A stretch of DNA of 40,101 bases, taken from positions 1-40,101 of IMG/VR virus record IMGVR_UViG_3300045988_140317; one strand, written 5' to 3'. The notes under the pieces were generated by a model. That model saw only the letters and a list, made by a program, of their open reading frames with translations. It had not been told where the DNA came from and ran no database searches. This document shows positions 16,801-26,564 of this stretch, piece after piece. The stretch comes from a virus. Both the position numbers and the translations under genes were made by a program. How positions within the stretch are numbered: position 1 is the first letter of the stretch; each line of letters begins with the position of its first letter.

Positions 16801-18200
16801 GTACCAGTAAAGCTGATAGACCTTTCGGACACCCGCATTTCAAGTAACAAAGTAAGAGCAAATCCGTCATCTTCAATCTCTACAGTATCACCTACACCGT
16901 ATGGCAAGTAACCATCGACTTCATAAGTGACTGCTGGATAACAGCTTTTCCGTAGCATGTCAAGTGCCTTATCGGACAATTCCTCTTGTGTCTCGGCATC
17001 AATAGTTGCATCTCGTCTGATCCATTGGTCACTCATCGTATCAGAGGTAAACGCTGCAGGAAACATCTGCATAGAAAGAGGAGCATACAACATTTTTCCT
17101 GCTTTATAAAACTCTACTTGTCCGTTTTCATTCTCTAACTTCCAATCTGGCAAATCCGACAAATCAAACGTACTGTCATTGCTATAAGCACTCGTTTTAG
17201 AAGTCTTTGAGTGTTTAACTTTAAAAGGCGGTTGCTCCTCTGCCTTTTTCCTCCTGCCGGTTCGTTTTTTGTAGACCGTTGTCATCTCTCGTTCCATAGT
17301 CGTAGAGGAAGTTCCATCAGGATTTTTTACAGTCTTAGTGACAACCTGCCCAAGTACGAAACCATCATTTCGTACCCTTTTAGAAGTCGTCGTAACGCTT
17401 CCATCAGGATTTCGCACCTTTTTAGTTGTAGTTACACTTCCATCTACATTATGAATGACACTCGTTTTGGTCGAAGTGACCTCTGAACGATTCCCAGTTG
17501 GGAGGATAGCATTATAAATCCCTGTTGTATCTACAGTTCGAGTAAGTGAATTAAAATCTCGCCCATATCGTAATACCTTAGACTGTCTTTTACCAACACC
17601 TTGATGAAAACCGTCATTTGCATGATAGACATTCACCACAAAGGCTTTGATAGAACTATTACTATTCAAGAATGTTTTAAACTCAATCTCTGCACCAAAC
17701 TTATTGGCAAGCGATAAAAGCCGAGCCAATTTCGTTTCTTGTCCTTCCCATTCGAGGGTCAACTTCTTATCAGAAATTTCATTCACACCTATCTTAAGCA
17801 TCGTAAAGTTCAGCAAATCAAGAGCCTTACAATACTCTTCAAACGACATATCTTTCAGTGCCTTATAAGGATTGGCATATTCATTGATAAGCTCTAGATT
17901 CAAATTGACACAATTTAACTTGATGAGTTTTTCATTTTCAACAACTTTACGAACGATAAAAAGCTGTGTCTCACCTTCGTATTCAAAAGAGATAAAATTT
18001 TTCTCATTCAAGAACTGATAAGCACGCTTTGAATATGTATCGGTCGCAAGCTCCTTTTTACTAACTGTAAAGTCAAAAGTAGCCGCACCAGTCTCAAGGT
18101 AGCTTGTCCACGTATCATTGAAATAATTCAGTGTCCCCTGCTTATCATTATCAATAGACGCCACCTGTCGTAAATGTGCGTCATGAATTGTTAATAACAT
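13803..18200 (-). CDS. Tail-associated lysin / baseplate-fibre protein (Tal, receptor-binding C-terminus)
   Basis: 1465 aa, follows Dit. The N-terminus resembles the phage minor structural protein N-terminal region. Central coiled coils. Confidence 0.75.
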   Translation of the reverse strand: MLLTIHDAHLRQVASIDNDKQGTLNYFNDTWTSYLETGAATFDFTVSKKELATDTYSKRAYQFLNEKNFISFEYEGETQLFIVRKVVENEKLIKLNCVNLNLELINEYANPYKALKDMSFEEYCKALDLLNFTMLKIGVNEISDKKLTLEWEGQETKLARLLSLANKFGAEIEFKTFLNSNSSIKAFVVNVYHANDGFHQGVGKRQSKVLRYGRDFNSLTRTVDTTGIYNAILPTGNRSEVTSTKTSVIHNVDGSVTTTKKVRNPDGSVTTTSKRVRNDGFVLGQVVTKTVKNPDGTSSTTMEREMTTVYKKRTGRRKKAEEQPPFKVKHSKTSKTSAYSNDSTFDLSDLPDWKLENENGQVEFYKAGKMLYAPLSMQMFPAAFTSDTMSDQWIRRDATIDAETQEELSDKALDMLRKSCYPAVTYEVDGYLPYGVGDTVEIEDDGFALTLLLEMRVSERSISFTGTGTNKSVFANFKALENQLSSGIQQRLEEMLEEAKPYDIKVASDNGTVFKNNKGKSTIYPTLLKGEKTIPDSEVSWKWKVDERDFPLAPTFTVEAAGLTKPLTVTVIAIVNGKEVAHKELAFTNVNDGAKGSDGKSITVAKAEKQADGVKVTFSDNKSIVVPKGDKGDPADPVPLNALQEEMKQTKQGLSDVKTDLLKEKAESSANIEQVKKEVGAISSQQTAYEQSNKQNLARITGQLADKASKSEVKQTADGIREEISQISVGGRNLLRGSKGEFKPDSKPTGFDNQVLYVQSTSIDLVKGEKYLISAKTDGVFSNNHNGTQESDNVVLWLMDKTVTNYQIVSDSNTGTTGTVFTWNKPTGTYHLRVNTYHKDARKKVWEVKVEQGTIKTDWSPAPEDVDEQITVAKTTLEKTAEGLKTDMVAVKSYAANDGKRKEELEKYSREETAKQIAAERIKTAENYVGKIQYTEDVKGVNRRFEGLRTGTSNLLLNTEFKTLADVNNVNGATLKLNQNDYNSHNSIEVTVTGQNKDVWEGITLNASVSAFKKGDTIAVRMPIYIFSDVPINAGLTLVLKNHPKNIGYVFKDLGDLPRNKWHIVEFLHTFDNDANFEGVNFFYLYTTQNGHYKIAEPSLTLSNVIPSSWAPAVEDSKNYTDTKLAEYKQGVDGQLAAVKQEVGSKVSQTTFDQRANQITQSVQELSNNTVKKNQLKIDENGLVSSSEKIVNGQTLASMIAQHPEWVEIITKLLKIKADMIVNGAITADKLNIKELSTLSSNLGEVSAGFIDLRKHWVRTNTRDVWGIIKDVTYDTSTLLTDSGVITNGRPGRNKKSDVKPTIMPLVWLNSGQLLFANVDSEHDIRLILANGVHPSIRSNSGTIYFGKLEDERDALVIDCEFAELYLRANNYTDWKQSEVNNKVRWKVQGSLVLVDFNLQFDRDGTYHLVDIPKEYVPSNKMFPVQAWSLDRNKDRTAQLNVGGDLHIIGAEKGIPYLGQIIWTY

Positions 18201-18203
18201 TAT

Positions 18204-19694
18204 TTATAAAAACCTTTCTTCAAAATTTACAGTTACAGTAGGCTTTGCTTTTATCCAACTAGAGCAAAACACTTCTAATTGCGATTTTCCCGGAGGAACT
18301 TTCAACCACGCAGAACCATGAACTCGATCACTAAATTTGTCTAGATTGTCAACCAGTATTCTATCTTGCTCACTATCTGCCACCACCGTTGAACCTTTCT
18401 GATAACGATTCGGTATATCCTCAATCGTATCAATAAAGTCCTTGCGATAAACAATGCTATCAAGATAGGCATGCGTGACCTGCGGCTTGTTTCCAAACGC
18501 TCCGATAGCAACATGTATTTTTGCGGACTTGCGCCCTTTAATTTCAGGAATGCGAAACTGTGGATATGTTCCCCACCAGTACACCTGCACCATATCATCA
18601 CGACGCAATAAATCTGACCAACCTCTTGGCTCATTAAATGGATTATGATCTTCTCGATGCGTGCCATAGAAAAGCCACTGATTGATAAGTTTGTATCCAC
18701 CTTTTCCGTTAGAAGCTAAGAAATTGTACTCACACCCCAAACCATTCGACCTTTTGATTGTTTCAACACCATATAAAAACTGCCCCTCTGTATCAGAGAC
18801 AGAAATTTTTATAAATCCAAGCTGGTTTGCTGCGCCAAGCCAGAAGATTTGCCGCCACCAAATGTATTCATGAAGTGCGCCACGCTGACCGGTACTGTCA
18901 AGAGGAATTTCCCAACTGACCGAACCTGCATTATTTGGTCGCGAACCACTCCCGCGATTTGTAAGAGCTATATGAGGACGTCCCCAAGTATTGTCAATAG
19001 CAAGCGTTCCATTGAGATTCTGACTTAAATCATTCAAAATAGCAGCATTCTTTTGCCCTTGTTGAAACCCCTTGACAATGCCATTGTTAGAGACATAATC
19101 AAATAGGATTTCAGATTTTTGAACAGTCTGCGTATCCGCTTCTTCTCTATTTCCTAGCTCTAAAGCTCCGCTGGTATTGACAAAGCCAAGATAACCATTC
19201 TCTGCATTATGCTTTACCGTAATGATAGGATAAGCATCTACATTGCCATTGTTTTCCAAATCAAAGACGATTTTATCCCCTACTTCTTTAGGCTTATCAA
19301 AACGCCGATAAGCAATAGAATGAGCTACCCCATCAGGCACGAGAAAAGTAATCGTCCCATCTGAAAATAGCCCCTTACTTTCTTTCATTTTGATTTCCCC
19401 AGTCACGATAGCTAGATAATACTTATCCGGCTCATCGCTAAATTCTAGGCACTTCACTTCACTAAAATGAAAGATACCAGCTAAATCATGCTTAATTTTG
19501 TTTCGATCAAATCCCCAAATAGAAAAATCAACAACAATAGTCTTTGAGCTTATCTTAAAATCTTGAACATTCTGCCCCAAAAAAGGAGCATCATTTAACG
19601 TAATACTCCTTTCGTTTCCTATATCTCGCTGTATATCACGAACAATGATGTCAAGCTCTTGCCCGTTGTATTTCATAACCAATTTTCTACTCAA
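18204..19694 (-). CDS. Distal tail protein (Dit)
   Basis: 496 aa, directly after the tape measure gene. Siphovirus tail-component-like N-terminus. Confidence 0.7.
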   Translation of the reverse strand: MSRKLVMKYNGQELDIIVRDIQRDIGNERSITLNDAPFLGQNVQDFKISSKTIVVDFSIWGFDRNKIKHDLAGIFHFSEVKCLEFSDEPDKYYLAIVTGEIKMKESKGLFSDGTITFLVPDGVAHSIAYRRFDKPKEVGDKIVFDLENNGNVDAYPIITVKHNAENGYLGFVNTSGALELGNREEADTQTVQKSEILFDYVSNNGIVKGFQQGQKNAAILNDLSQNLNGTLAIDNTWGRPHIALTNRGSGSRPNNAGSVSWEIPLDSTGQRGALHEYIWWRQIFWLGAANQLGFIKISVSDTEGQFLYGVETIKRSNGLGCEYNFLASNGKGGYKLINQWLFYGTHREDHNPFNEPRGWSDLLRRDDMVQVYWWGTYPQFRIPEIKGRKSAKIHVAIGAFGNKPQVTHAYLDSIVYRKDFIDTIEDIPNRYQKGSTVVADSEQDRILVDNLDKFSDRVHGSAWLKVPPGKSQLEVFCSSWIKAKPTVTVNFEERFL

Positions 19695-22600
19695 ATAAAT
19701 TTTCCTTTCAGCATCTGTTGCAATTTCTCTTGGTCGCTTTGAATGTCAGTCAACTTCTGTCCCATTCTTTCACCATCTAGATAGACATTATTATCTTTTT
19801 TTAATATCTTTTCTAGTAGTTCTGTTAAGCTATCACGCAAAATAGCAATCTCGGATACCACTTGACTGGTATCGGACTGCTTAGCACTTGCCGAGCTCTG
19901 ATTAGATTGAATAATAACAGATTGTACAGCGTCCATTTGTTTAAAGAGTGGAGAATCCTTAGAATATCCCACACCATCTTTGTATTGCGGAAATAGCCTT
20001 TTTGTCATACTAGCCCGCAAAACCTTAGACCCTTTAGGCAACGGGAACAAGACGTTCCGCCCTTTTGGAATAAAGGATAGTCCATTTGGTAGAGTAACCA
20101 GCTCACGATAGTTAGGGCCTCCCTCGTCATTGACAACAGCAAATCCCCCTGGGTGATGATCCGTACCACGAGCGTATCTACCAGCTGCAACATTCGCAAT
20201 GAAATTTCCTGTTACACTCGCCAACTTACTTGCAATGCCGGATATAACACCAGAAGCATTATCTATAGCTGTGATTGTTGTAAATGTTTGTCCTGGTATT
20301 GTAGATAATTGCCACTTAGCACTTGTAACTGCTGCCCCCGTCACATCGGTTGCGTTAATATCAGCTGCTTTCGTTTGCTTCACGCTGTTGATCGCTGCAC
20401 TAGCCGCATTCGCTTCCCCTTGCGTATTATTTCTAGCGTTGATATATACGGATTGATACTGTTTCACTGCATCTATCGTATTTTGAGCTTCTTGCGCAGG
20501 TAATGCTGTATTATTCGTAGCATCAATTGGAATTGTTGTTCCTGTTAAAGTTTCAACCGCCCTACGAACTGTCTCGATATTTCCACTAGCTAAATCCTCG
20601 ACCATTAGCTTTTGCTGGGTCGGTGTCATCAGATTCCAAGCATCCAAAGCGTGTTGAGCGACTTCGGCACTATTGAGAAAGCTTTCGCTATCTCCTAAAA
20701 TCTTTTTGACCTGTTCGGGCATGGCATTCCATGCTTCAAGCATCTCCTTGCTATTGAGAATAGCTTCAATCGCAGGCTTACCGTCCGTGATGAGTTTCTT
20801 ATCTTCTGGTTTGAGATTGTCCCATTGACCCGTAGCCACCAATGCTTCACCAATCGCAATTTTTGCATTGGTTTTCAGATTTGCTTCTTTAACAACAAAT
20901 TTCATAGCTTCCCAGCCGCCTTCGGCTTGAAGCGCTTTTTGAATTTCTTCTTGAGCGTTGGTTTTCACCTTACCTGTCTTAGCATCCCAAACCATCGCAT
21001 TCCATTGCGTATTGGCAAGTTTTCCAGCTGCAGTAGTTTTCTCTGTCGTCTTCGCCCACAACTCACTTTCTTCTTGAATTTTAGAAGACGCATTCGAAAA
21101 CTTATTAACAAGTTCATCATAAGAGAGCCCTAACTCATTAGCATTTCTTTTCATTTGATCCAAAAGTGCCTTTTGAGCTTCCGGTGTAGATTTACTCAAA
21201 GCTGTTTCGGTTAATTTTTGTTGTATTTTAACCCATTTTTCACCATAAGCATCCATCTTGGCATTGTGTTCTGCTTCTAAGGCTTCCATCTTTGCTCTTG
21301 CCTCTGCTCTATCTTTAAGAGCGGCTTCATCAGTTCCTTTTATAGAATCATACAATTCTTGATATTGTTTCTTCCGCTCTTTATAAGCTTTGTTTTCATC
21401 CTTAATCCAGCCCTCAACGACTTTCTTAGCCTTTGAGATTTGGCTATCATTGAGTTCATCTAACTGTCCATTCATAGCCTTAGTAATGGCGATTTTCTCA
21501 TTACCAGAATATTTCATCAAACTCAATTGCGTTTTGATAAGTTCGTTCTGGTTTGCCAAGACAACTGCTTTTTCTTCTGCTGTCAATTGACGATGTTGCT
21601 CACTAACGCTTTTGTAGATGTTAATAATTTCATCCGACATCTGTTGTACATTTTCTTTGACTTGATTAGCTCTGGATTTTGCATTGTTAATAAATTCTTG
21701 ACTCATTCCTAATTTTTCAGCAAGATCTATCTTCTTTTCCAAGTCCTTATCAGCAAGTTTTGTGATTTCATCGGTCAATCCCTTAAAGGCCTTTTTGACA
21801 TTCTCAATGTCTTTGACAGCACCAGAACCAAATTCAGTCATTGCATGGTTGGTTTCGTCCACCTTGTTTTTAAAGCCTTGTAGCTCATTAGCTTGGGTAG
21901 AATTAACAGCAGTACCCCATTCCTCAGCTCGATTTCTAGCATCAATAGCTTTCTGAGCAAAGTAACCAATTACTGCAGCAGCAAGCACACCACCGGCCAC
22001 AAGAGCGCCGGTCGGAGTAAATAAAGCACCCAATAGCCCCGCCTTACCAGCAAGACCACCGACCGCTCCTGTCGCTCCTGTTGCACTTTCTCCTAACAGA
22101 GCAATACCTTGCGCCGCTCCAGCTGTTTCTCTCGAAATATTTAACAAAGTCTTTATACTTCTTACTTTCCCTGCCATGCTAGCTATGCCTGATAATGTCT
22201 TGCCCATCACGCCAGTAAGAAGGCTAAGCGCCCCAGTAAAAGGACTGATAGCAGCCGCTCCCAAAGCAAACTTTAAAATCATGTCCTGTGTAGCAGGAGA
22301 TAGGTCTTTGAACCAATCTATAACTTTTACCCCTTCTTTCAAAAGGTCGTTAATAATTGGCAAGAGCTTTGAACCGATCTCAATTCCAAGAACTTCTAAT
22401 TCTGCTTGGGCTTTCTTAAGTTGATTTTCAGATGATTCCATCATCTGGTCGGACATCCGTTTAGTAGCTCCCTTAGCATTATTAGTTTCTTGTGTGAGAC
22501 GTCTCAAAGCATCTCCACCTTGAGCTATCAGGGCATTAAAACCAGCCTGTCCGGTTTTTCCGACAGCTTGCGAATAAAGCGCGGCCTTTTGCGCACCTGT

Positions 22601-23788
22601 CAAACCCTCGGTATTCACTCGTGCAAGATCCAAAACATCTGCCAGAGAAAGATTGCCAGCTCGGAATTCCTCGAGAGAGATTCCCATTTTTTCAAACGCT
22701 ACAGCTTGCGATTTGGTTGGTTTTACAAGAGCTGTCAAGATATTACGCAAGTTAGTACCCGCTTTTTCGCCCTCAATACCACGTTGAGATAACAAGCCAA
22801 TAGCTGACGCCGTCTCTTCAAGAGAGATTCCAGCAGTAGCCGCCATAGGCCCGACATATTCCATTGCCACACCAAGACTTGAAAAGTCCGAAGCTGTTTT
22901 ATTGGCTACGAAAGTCAAACTGTCCGTAACACGCTGCGTATCTTCCGCTTTCAAATTAAATTGCTCTAAGATAGCAGTCGTTGCATGCATGACCGTCCCA
23001 AAACCTTCACCGGATGCTTTACTGGCTTCTAGTACATGTGGCATAGCTGCCATAGTTTGATTGACATCATAACCACGACGAATCATTTCAGTCATCCCTT
23101 CAATGACATCGCCAGTAGATATACCATATTCAGTAGCATATTTTTTGACAGCATTACTCAACTGATCCATCGTAGAGGTCATTTTGTTTGCAGGAATATC
23201 ATCGCTAATAAGTGCTTGAATCGTCTTCATTCCATTTTCAAACGAAACGGCACTTCTCGTTGCTTGTGCAAAACCTGCTCCCAGAGCTGTTGTCATCCCT
23301 CTCGTCGCAGAACTTATTCTTCCTAGCCCTTGACTTATCTTTGTCAAACCCTGTCCCAGTCGAGCGGTAAGACTATATTGCGAATATTGCTCTCGCACAG
23401 TCTGTGCTAACTCACCACGGTAAGTTGCCAGCTTCGTTTGTCCGTCTTGATACTGCGCTGCCAATCTATAAGATTGGTCAGTTAGTGCGCCTGTCGCTGT
23501 CTTGCTTCGCTCAAAGTCATTAGCTAATTTCGCTTGAAAAAGTGATTGTTGCTGAATAAGACCATTTAAAGTATTTGCCTTAGCGCCATAAGCCTTAAAC
23601 GCCGCAGCCCCGCCATTCGCATATTTGATAAGAGCATTATTTGTATTGAGTTGTTTTTCCATTAGCCCAATACTTCTTTTAAAAGATTTGAGACTATTAC
23701 TTGACTCTGTCAGTTTTCTGGCAAATCCGCTATTATCCAGCCCCAAATGCACAACCATATTTCCTATTGGCGTAGCTATATCAATCAC
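19691..23788 (-). CDS. Tape measure protein
   Basis: 1365 aa, helical with Gly/Ala-rich TM-like segments. GTG start 23788 after GGAG. Follows the G/GT chaperone. Confidence 0.9.
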   Translation of the reverse strand: MIDIATPIGNMVVHLGLDNSGFARKLTESSNSLKSFKRSIGLMEKQLNTNNALIKYANGGAAAFKAYGAKANTLNGLIQQQSLFQAKLANDFERSKTATGALTDQSYRLAAQYQDGQTKLATYRGELAQTVREQYSQYSLTARLGQGLTKISQGLGRISSATRGMTTALGAGFAQATRSAVSFENGMKTIQALISDDIPANKMTSTMDQLSNAVKKYATEYGISTGDVIEGMTEMIRRGYDVNQTMAAMPHVLEASKASGEGFGTVMHATTAILEQFNLKAEDTQRVTDSLTFVANKTASDFSSLGVAMEYVGPMAATAGISLEETASAIGLLSQRGIEGEKAGTNLRNILTALVKPTKSQAVAFEKMGISLEEFRAGNLSLADVLDLARVNTEGLTGAQKAALYSQAVGKTGQAGFNALIAQGGDALRRLTQETNNAKGATKRMSDQMMESSENQLKKAQAELEVLGIEIGSKLLPIINDLLKEGVKVIDWFKDLSPATQDMILKFALGAAAISPFTGALSLLTGVMGKTLSGIASMAGKVRSIKTLLNISRETAGAAQGIALLGESATGATGAVGGLAGKAGLLGALFTPTGALVAGGVLAAAVIGYFAQKAIDARNRAEEWGTAVNSTQANELQGFKNKVDETNHAMTEFGSGAVKDIENVKKAFKGLTDEITKLADKDLEKKIDLAEKLGMSQEFINNAKSRANQVKENVQQMSDEIINIYKSVSEQHRQLTAEEKAVVLANQNELIKTQLSLMKYSGNEKIAITKAMNGQLDELNDSQISKAKKVVEGWIKDENKAYKERKKQYQELYDSIKGTDEAALKDRAEARAKMEALEAEHNAKMDAYGEKWVKIQQKLTETALSKSTPEAQKALLDQMKRNANELGLSYDELVNKFSNASSKIQEESELWAKTTEKTTAAGKLANTQWNAMVWDAKTGKVKTNAQEEIQKALQAEGGWEAMKFVVKEANLKTNAKIAIGEALVATGQWDNLKPEDKKLITDGKPAIEAILNSKEMLEAWNAMPEQVKKILGDSESFLNSAEVAQHALDAWNLMTPTQQKLMVEDLASGNIETVRRAVETLTGTTIPIDATNNTALPAQEAQNTIDAVKQYQSVYINARNNTQGEANAASAAINSVKQTKAADINATDVTGAAVTSAKWQLSTIPGQTFTTITAIDNASGVISGIASKLASVTGNFIANVAAGRYARGTDHHPGGFAVVNDEGGPNYRELVTLPNGLSFIPKGRNVLFPLPKGSKVLRASMTKRLFPQYKDGVGYSKDSPLFKQMDAVQSVIIQSNQSSASAKQSDTSQVVSEIAILRDSLTELLEKILKKDNNVYLDGERMGQKLTDIQSDQEKLQQMLKGKFI

Positions 23789-24010
23789 CTCCAGTCATAT
23801 TGATAAAGTCTTCCAATGACATGATTTCTTCTTTATCTTGTTTTAATTCTTCGGCATTAAGAACATTAAACAAAGTCACATAATCCGTTTCCATAATGTC
23901 ATTGATAGTAAAGCCGTTATTACTAGCTACCAAGTCCCTTACAAGACTTAAGAAACGCTTTCGGGCTTCTGTTGCACTAATTCCATCAGCTTTGGGTCTA
24001 CTTCTTTTTT
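23781..24010 (-). CDS. gpT-like extension reached by a -1 frameshift from the chaperone ORF
   Basis: The -1 frame is open from the A6 run (GTC AAA AAA G; T6 at 24005-24010 on plus) to TGA 23783-23781. That stop overlaps the tape measure start. Confidence 0.6.
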
Positions 24011-24295
24011 GACCCCCACCGCAGTCAAGATAATATCGTCAATCGTTTCTTCAAGCTCCCAAGCATTCAGCCCCTCTAAAATTGCTTCTCTAGTAACTGA
24101 TTTTGCACTAAACAACGAAGCACAATAATCAATACGATCCAACAGATATTTTTTGGGAGTATAGCTAGTATCACCAGCCTCTAACTTTTCTTGTATATTC
24201 CAAAAATCCAACACACGACTAGCTGGTACTTTGTCCTGTTCATAAACTACCACATCGCCATTTTTCTTTTTTAATTCCAAACGTAATTTTGTCAT
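23948..24295 (-). CDS. Tail assembly chaperone (gpG-like)
   Basis: 115 aa acidic protein between the major tail and tape measure genes. Confidence 0.7.
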   Translation of the reverse strand: MTKLRLELKKKNGDVVVYEQDKVPASRVLDFWNIQEKLEAGDTSYTPKKYLLDRIDYCASLFSAKSVTREAILEGLNAWELEETIDDIILTAVGVKKEVDPKLMELVQQKPESVS

Positions 24296-24317
24296 TAGAA
24301 ATCCTTTCCAAAGTTCT

Positions 24318-24348
24318 AAAAAATAAGAGAAACGGGAAAACCCGTTTC
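24318..24348 (-). terminator. Intrinsic terminator after the major tail gene
   Basis: GAAACGGG / CCCGTTTC stem followed by a T-rich run on the minus strand. Confidence 0.7.
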
Positions 24349-24351
24349 TTT

Positions 24352-24927
24352 CTATTCTGCAATTTTCATTTGTTGTTTCAGTTTCTTGATAGTTTCTTCT
24401 TCTTTACCAATATACTTAACAACGTAATTTCCTTTTGTATCTTCATCGTCTGAAGCAACAGATGTAAATTCATATTTATCCCCATCTGGTTCTTCTTGTG
24501 TTCCTTTTTTGGTCTTCATGTTGACATTATCACGGGAGAACTGTCCTTGCAAGAATCCGAAGTAGGCTTTTTCACCAGCTAGTGTTTCAGATTCTAAGAG
24601 AAGTGAGCAGTATGGCGGTTCAGACTCTTCACCAATATAGGTTAGCTTGTCTTTTACTTTGTATCCCAGTAGAATGTCGTTTACTTTCTCAAGGATGTCA
24701 AGAAGTGTGAGTTCTGCTTTCACATCGCCTACGCCTTTGTTAGCTACGTAATAAGCAATATTTGATCCAAAAACTTTAATAGGAGTAGAGGATAGACCCG
24801 TAACGTCAGCTGTTTGAGTTGCCCCTTCTCCTTTCTTCCCTTCAACAACAAATAAATTTGTTCCTGCTGTTGCGGCTTGACCATCAAGCACACGAATTGT
24901 GGCACGTTTAAAACCAACTAATGTCAT
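24352..24927 (-). CDS. Major tail protein
   Basis: Trimmed to ATG 24927 (MTLVGFK...). 191 aa, in the conserved position before the chaperone and terminator. Confidence 0.75.
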   Translation of the reverse strand: MTLVGFKRATIRVLDGQAATAGTNLFVVEGKKGEGATQTADVTGLSSTPIKVFGSNIAYYVANKGVGDVKAELTLLDILEKVNDILLGYKVKDKLTYIGEESEPPYCSLLLESETLAGEKAYFGFLQGQFSRDNVNMKTKKGTQEEPDGDKYEFTSVASDDEDTKGNYVVKYIGKEEETIKKLKQQMKIAE

Positions 24928-24941
24928 ATTTAATTTTCCTT

Positions 24942-25322
24942 TCAATATTCAATGTCATATACAGAGCTAGAACCTCTGTATGTTCTTGCGTCTACATAAC
25001 GCTTTGTTTCTTCAAAATATTCATCTAAGCCGCCTGTATTTTGATAAAAGGCCGCTTCCAAGAATACTTTCTCAACCTCATGAGCTATTCGCTTTGTTTC
25101 GTAGTAGTCACTACTTTCAACATTCACCTGATAGCTAAACCGCTTCTGTAAGAAATTATCACTACCAAATGTCTCTTGCTGAGGAGGAGCAAGAGGTATC
25201 AAGACAATGCTACTATCACTTTCTGACAAGCTTTCAGGGCGTTGGAAATAGTGAATAGCAATATTAGATAAAGCTGGCACTTCTGCCAGCTTATCCGCTA
25301 ATGTATCAAGCATGCTTTTCAT
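24942..25322 (-). CDS. Tail completion/terminator-like protein
   Basis: 126 aa. Call is based on position only. Confidence 0.5.
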   Translation of the reverse strand: MKSMLDTLADKLAEVPALSNIAIHYFQRPESLSESDSSIVLIPLAPPQQETFGSDNFLQKRFSYQVNVESSDYYETKRIAHEVEKVFLEAAFYQNTGGLDEYFEETKRYVDARTYRGSSSVYDIEY

Positions 25323-25732
25323 TCAGCCAACTCCTTCATCTTTTCTACCATGTGTTTGGTAAATGGAGCTTGTTGCGCTTCAGCATATTGCCGCAATTTC
25401 CCAAATCCTCGTGGTACATATGTCTTACCCCAACGAGTATAACCAAACTCATTTAAGTGTTCCAGACGCCAACGAGAACCCTCGCCCCAACCAACCTTGG
25501 ATTGAAAAATCTCTCCCCCAATCTTCCGAGCCTTGGAATGCGTCGTCTGTTCCGTTGTTCGTCCTGTACGTTGAAAGCTAGTCGTAACTTCCTTTAAGTC
25601 TTTTTCTGCTTCCTCTGCAGCATAATTGATTGCTTCACGAGATATGCGGTCACGTCGAGTTTTTCCGAGTTTTTGATTAAGAGTGCGAATAACCTCATCC
25701 ACTCCCTCAACACTAATTCCCCAAGTCTCCAT
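25319..25732 (-). CDS. HK97 gp10-family head-tail component
   Basis: 137 aa. Position and general similarity to gp10-like proteins. Confidence 0.55.
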   Translation of the reverse strand: METWGISVEGVDEVIRTLNQKLGKTRRDRISREAINYAAEEAEKDLKEVTTSFQRTGRTTEQTTHSKARKIGGEIFQSKVGWGEGSRWRLEHLNEFGYTRWGKTYVPRGFGKLRQYAEAQQAPFTKHMVEKMKELAE

Positions 25733-26093
25733 TGACCTCTCCTTTCAAAAGTAAAGTAATATAGTCTGGCTTAGGGCGAATATCCTCAACATTCCACCTC
25801 TCATCTTTATAATCAACATGTTTAATTTCTACTATGTGATTATTCTTCGGACGATAAGATGACAGCGGATTACGAATAACAATCGTTACCGCTCTTTTTA
25901 TCCCTTTTCCTCTCATGATTTCAATATCCTTTAAAGACGGATTATAAACCTCCGCCCATGCAGTGAAAAGTTTTTTCAATTCCTGCTTATCACTAGGTAA
26001 ACGCCCTCTAGGCTTCGCATTGTAAAAGACAACCATTGTATTCAACTTTCCGTTGTCTACTGTCTCATTTTTAATCGTCTTTTTTCCTAGCAT
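25713..26093 (-). CDS. Head closure / head-tail adaptor protein
   Basis: 126 aa. Position plus the pattern LFTAWAEVYNPSLKDIEI, typical of head-tail joining proteins. Confidence 0.6.
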   Translation of the reverse strand: MLGKKTIKNETVDNGKLNTMVVFYNAKPRGRLPSDKQELKKLFTAWAEVYNPSLKDIEIMRGKGIKRAVTIVIRNPLSSYRPKNNHIVEIKHVDYKDERWNVEDIRPKPDYITLLLKGEVNGDLGN

Positions 26094-26385
26094 GTTCCGC
26101 CTCCTTTAGAGAATGAACCATTGCTTGTAGCTCGATTTCATTCGCATAGTTTGTCTGAAATTCATCAAGGGCATCGTGATACACATAGCGAGCTCGCTCA
26201 AAAGCCAGCTCAACCAGCATATCATCAATTTCATCCGCTCCGACCAGTAAAGCAACGGCTACGATACTAGAAGAAAGCATCTTTTTTAGATTATCATCTT
26301 CATCATCGCTCGTAATTCGCATACGATCCTTAAAAGCAGCTAACTGCCTATCAGCAAATTTTGTTGTATCAATAGCCATTTTCAT
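26071..26385 (-). CDS. gp6-like head-tail connector
   Basis: 104 aa. RITSDDEDDNLKKMLSSS pattern, downstream of the capsid gene. Confidence 0.6.
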   Translation of the reverse strand: MKMAIDTTKFADRQLAAFKDRMRITSDDEDDNLKKMLSSSIVAVALLVGADEIDDMLVELAFERARYVYHDALDEFQTNYANEIELQAMVHSLKEAEHARKKDD

Positions 26386-26550
26386 CTACTCCTCGTTTTG
26401 AGTATCGGAAGCGCCCACTTCTTCTACAAATCCCGGAAGACGAGCTTCCAATTCAGCAAAGCGCTCTTTGTTGACTGTGATAACTTCACCAACTTGACGA
26501 AGTACATTTTTGTTCAAATCCTCAAAAGGCTTTAAAACCTTAACTTCCAT
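26386..26550 (-). CDS. Small head-module protein (54 aa)
   Basis: Not in the track. ATG 26550 with SD AAGGAG, and TAG abutting the next start. Confidence 0.5.
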   Translation of the reverse strand: MEVKVLKPFEDLNKNVLRQVGEVITVNKERFAELEARLPGFVEEVGASDTQNEE

Positions 26551-26564
26551 AAGCTACTCCTTTC

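Noticed and set aside
14227-17868. Numerous plus-strand track ORFs inside the Tal gene (for example 14227-14844, 15924-16448, 16213-16632)
   Set aside because: They are antisense shadows of a long, well-supported minus-strand gene. They lack SDs and have low-complexity Ser/Leu/Phe-rich translations.
20199-23819. Plus-strand track ORFs inside the tape measure gene
   Set aside because: Same as above: antisense shadow ORFs.
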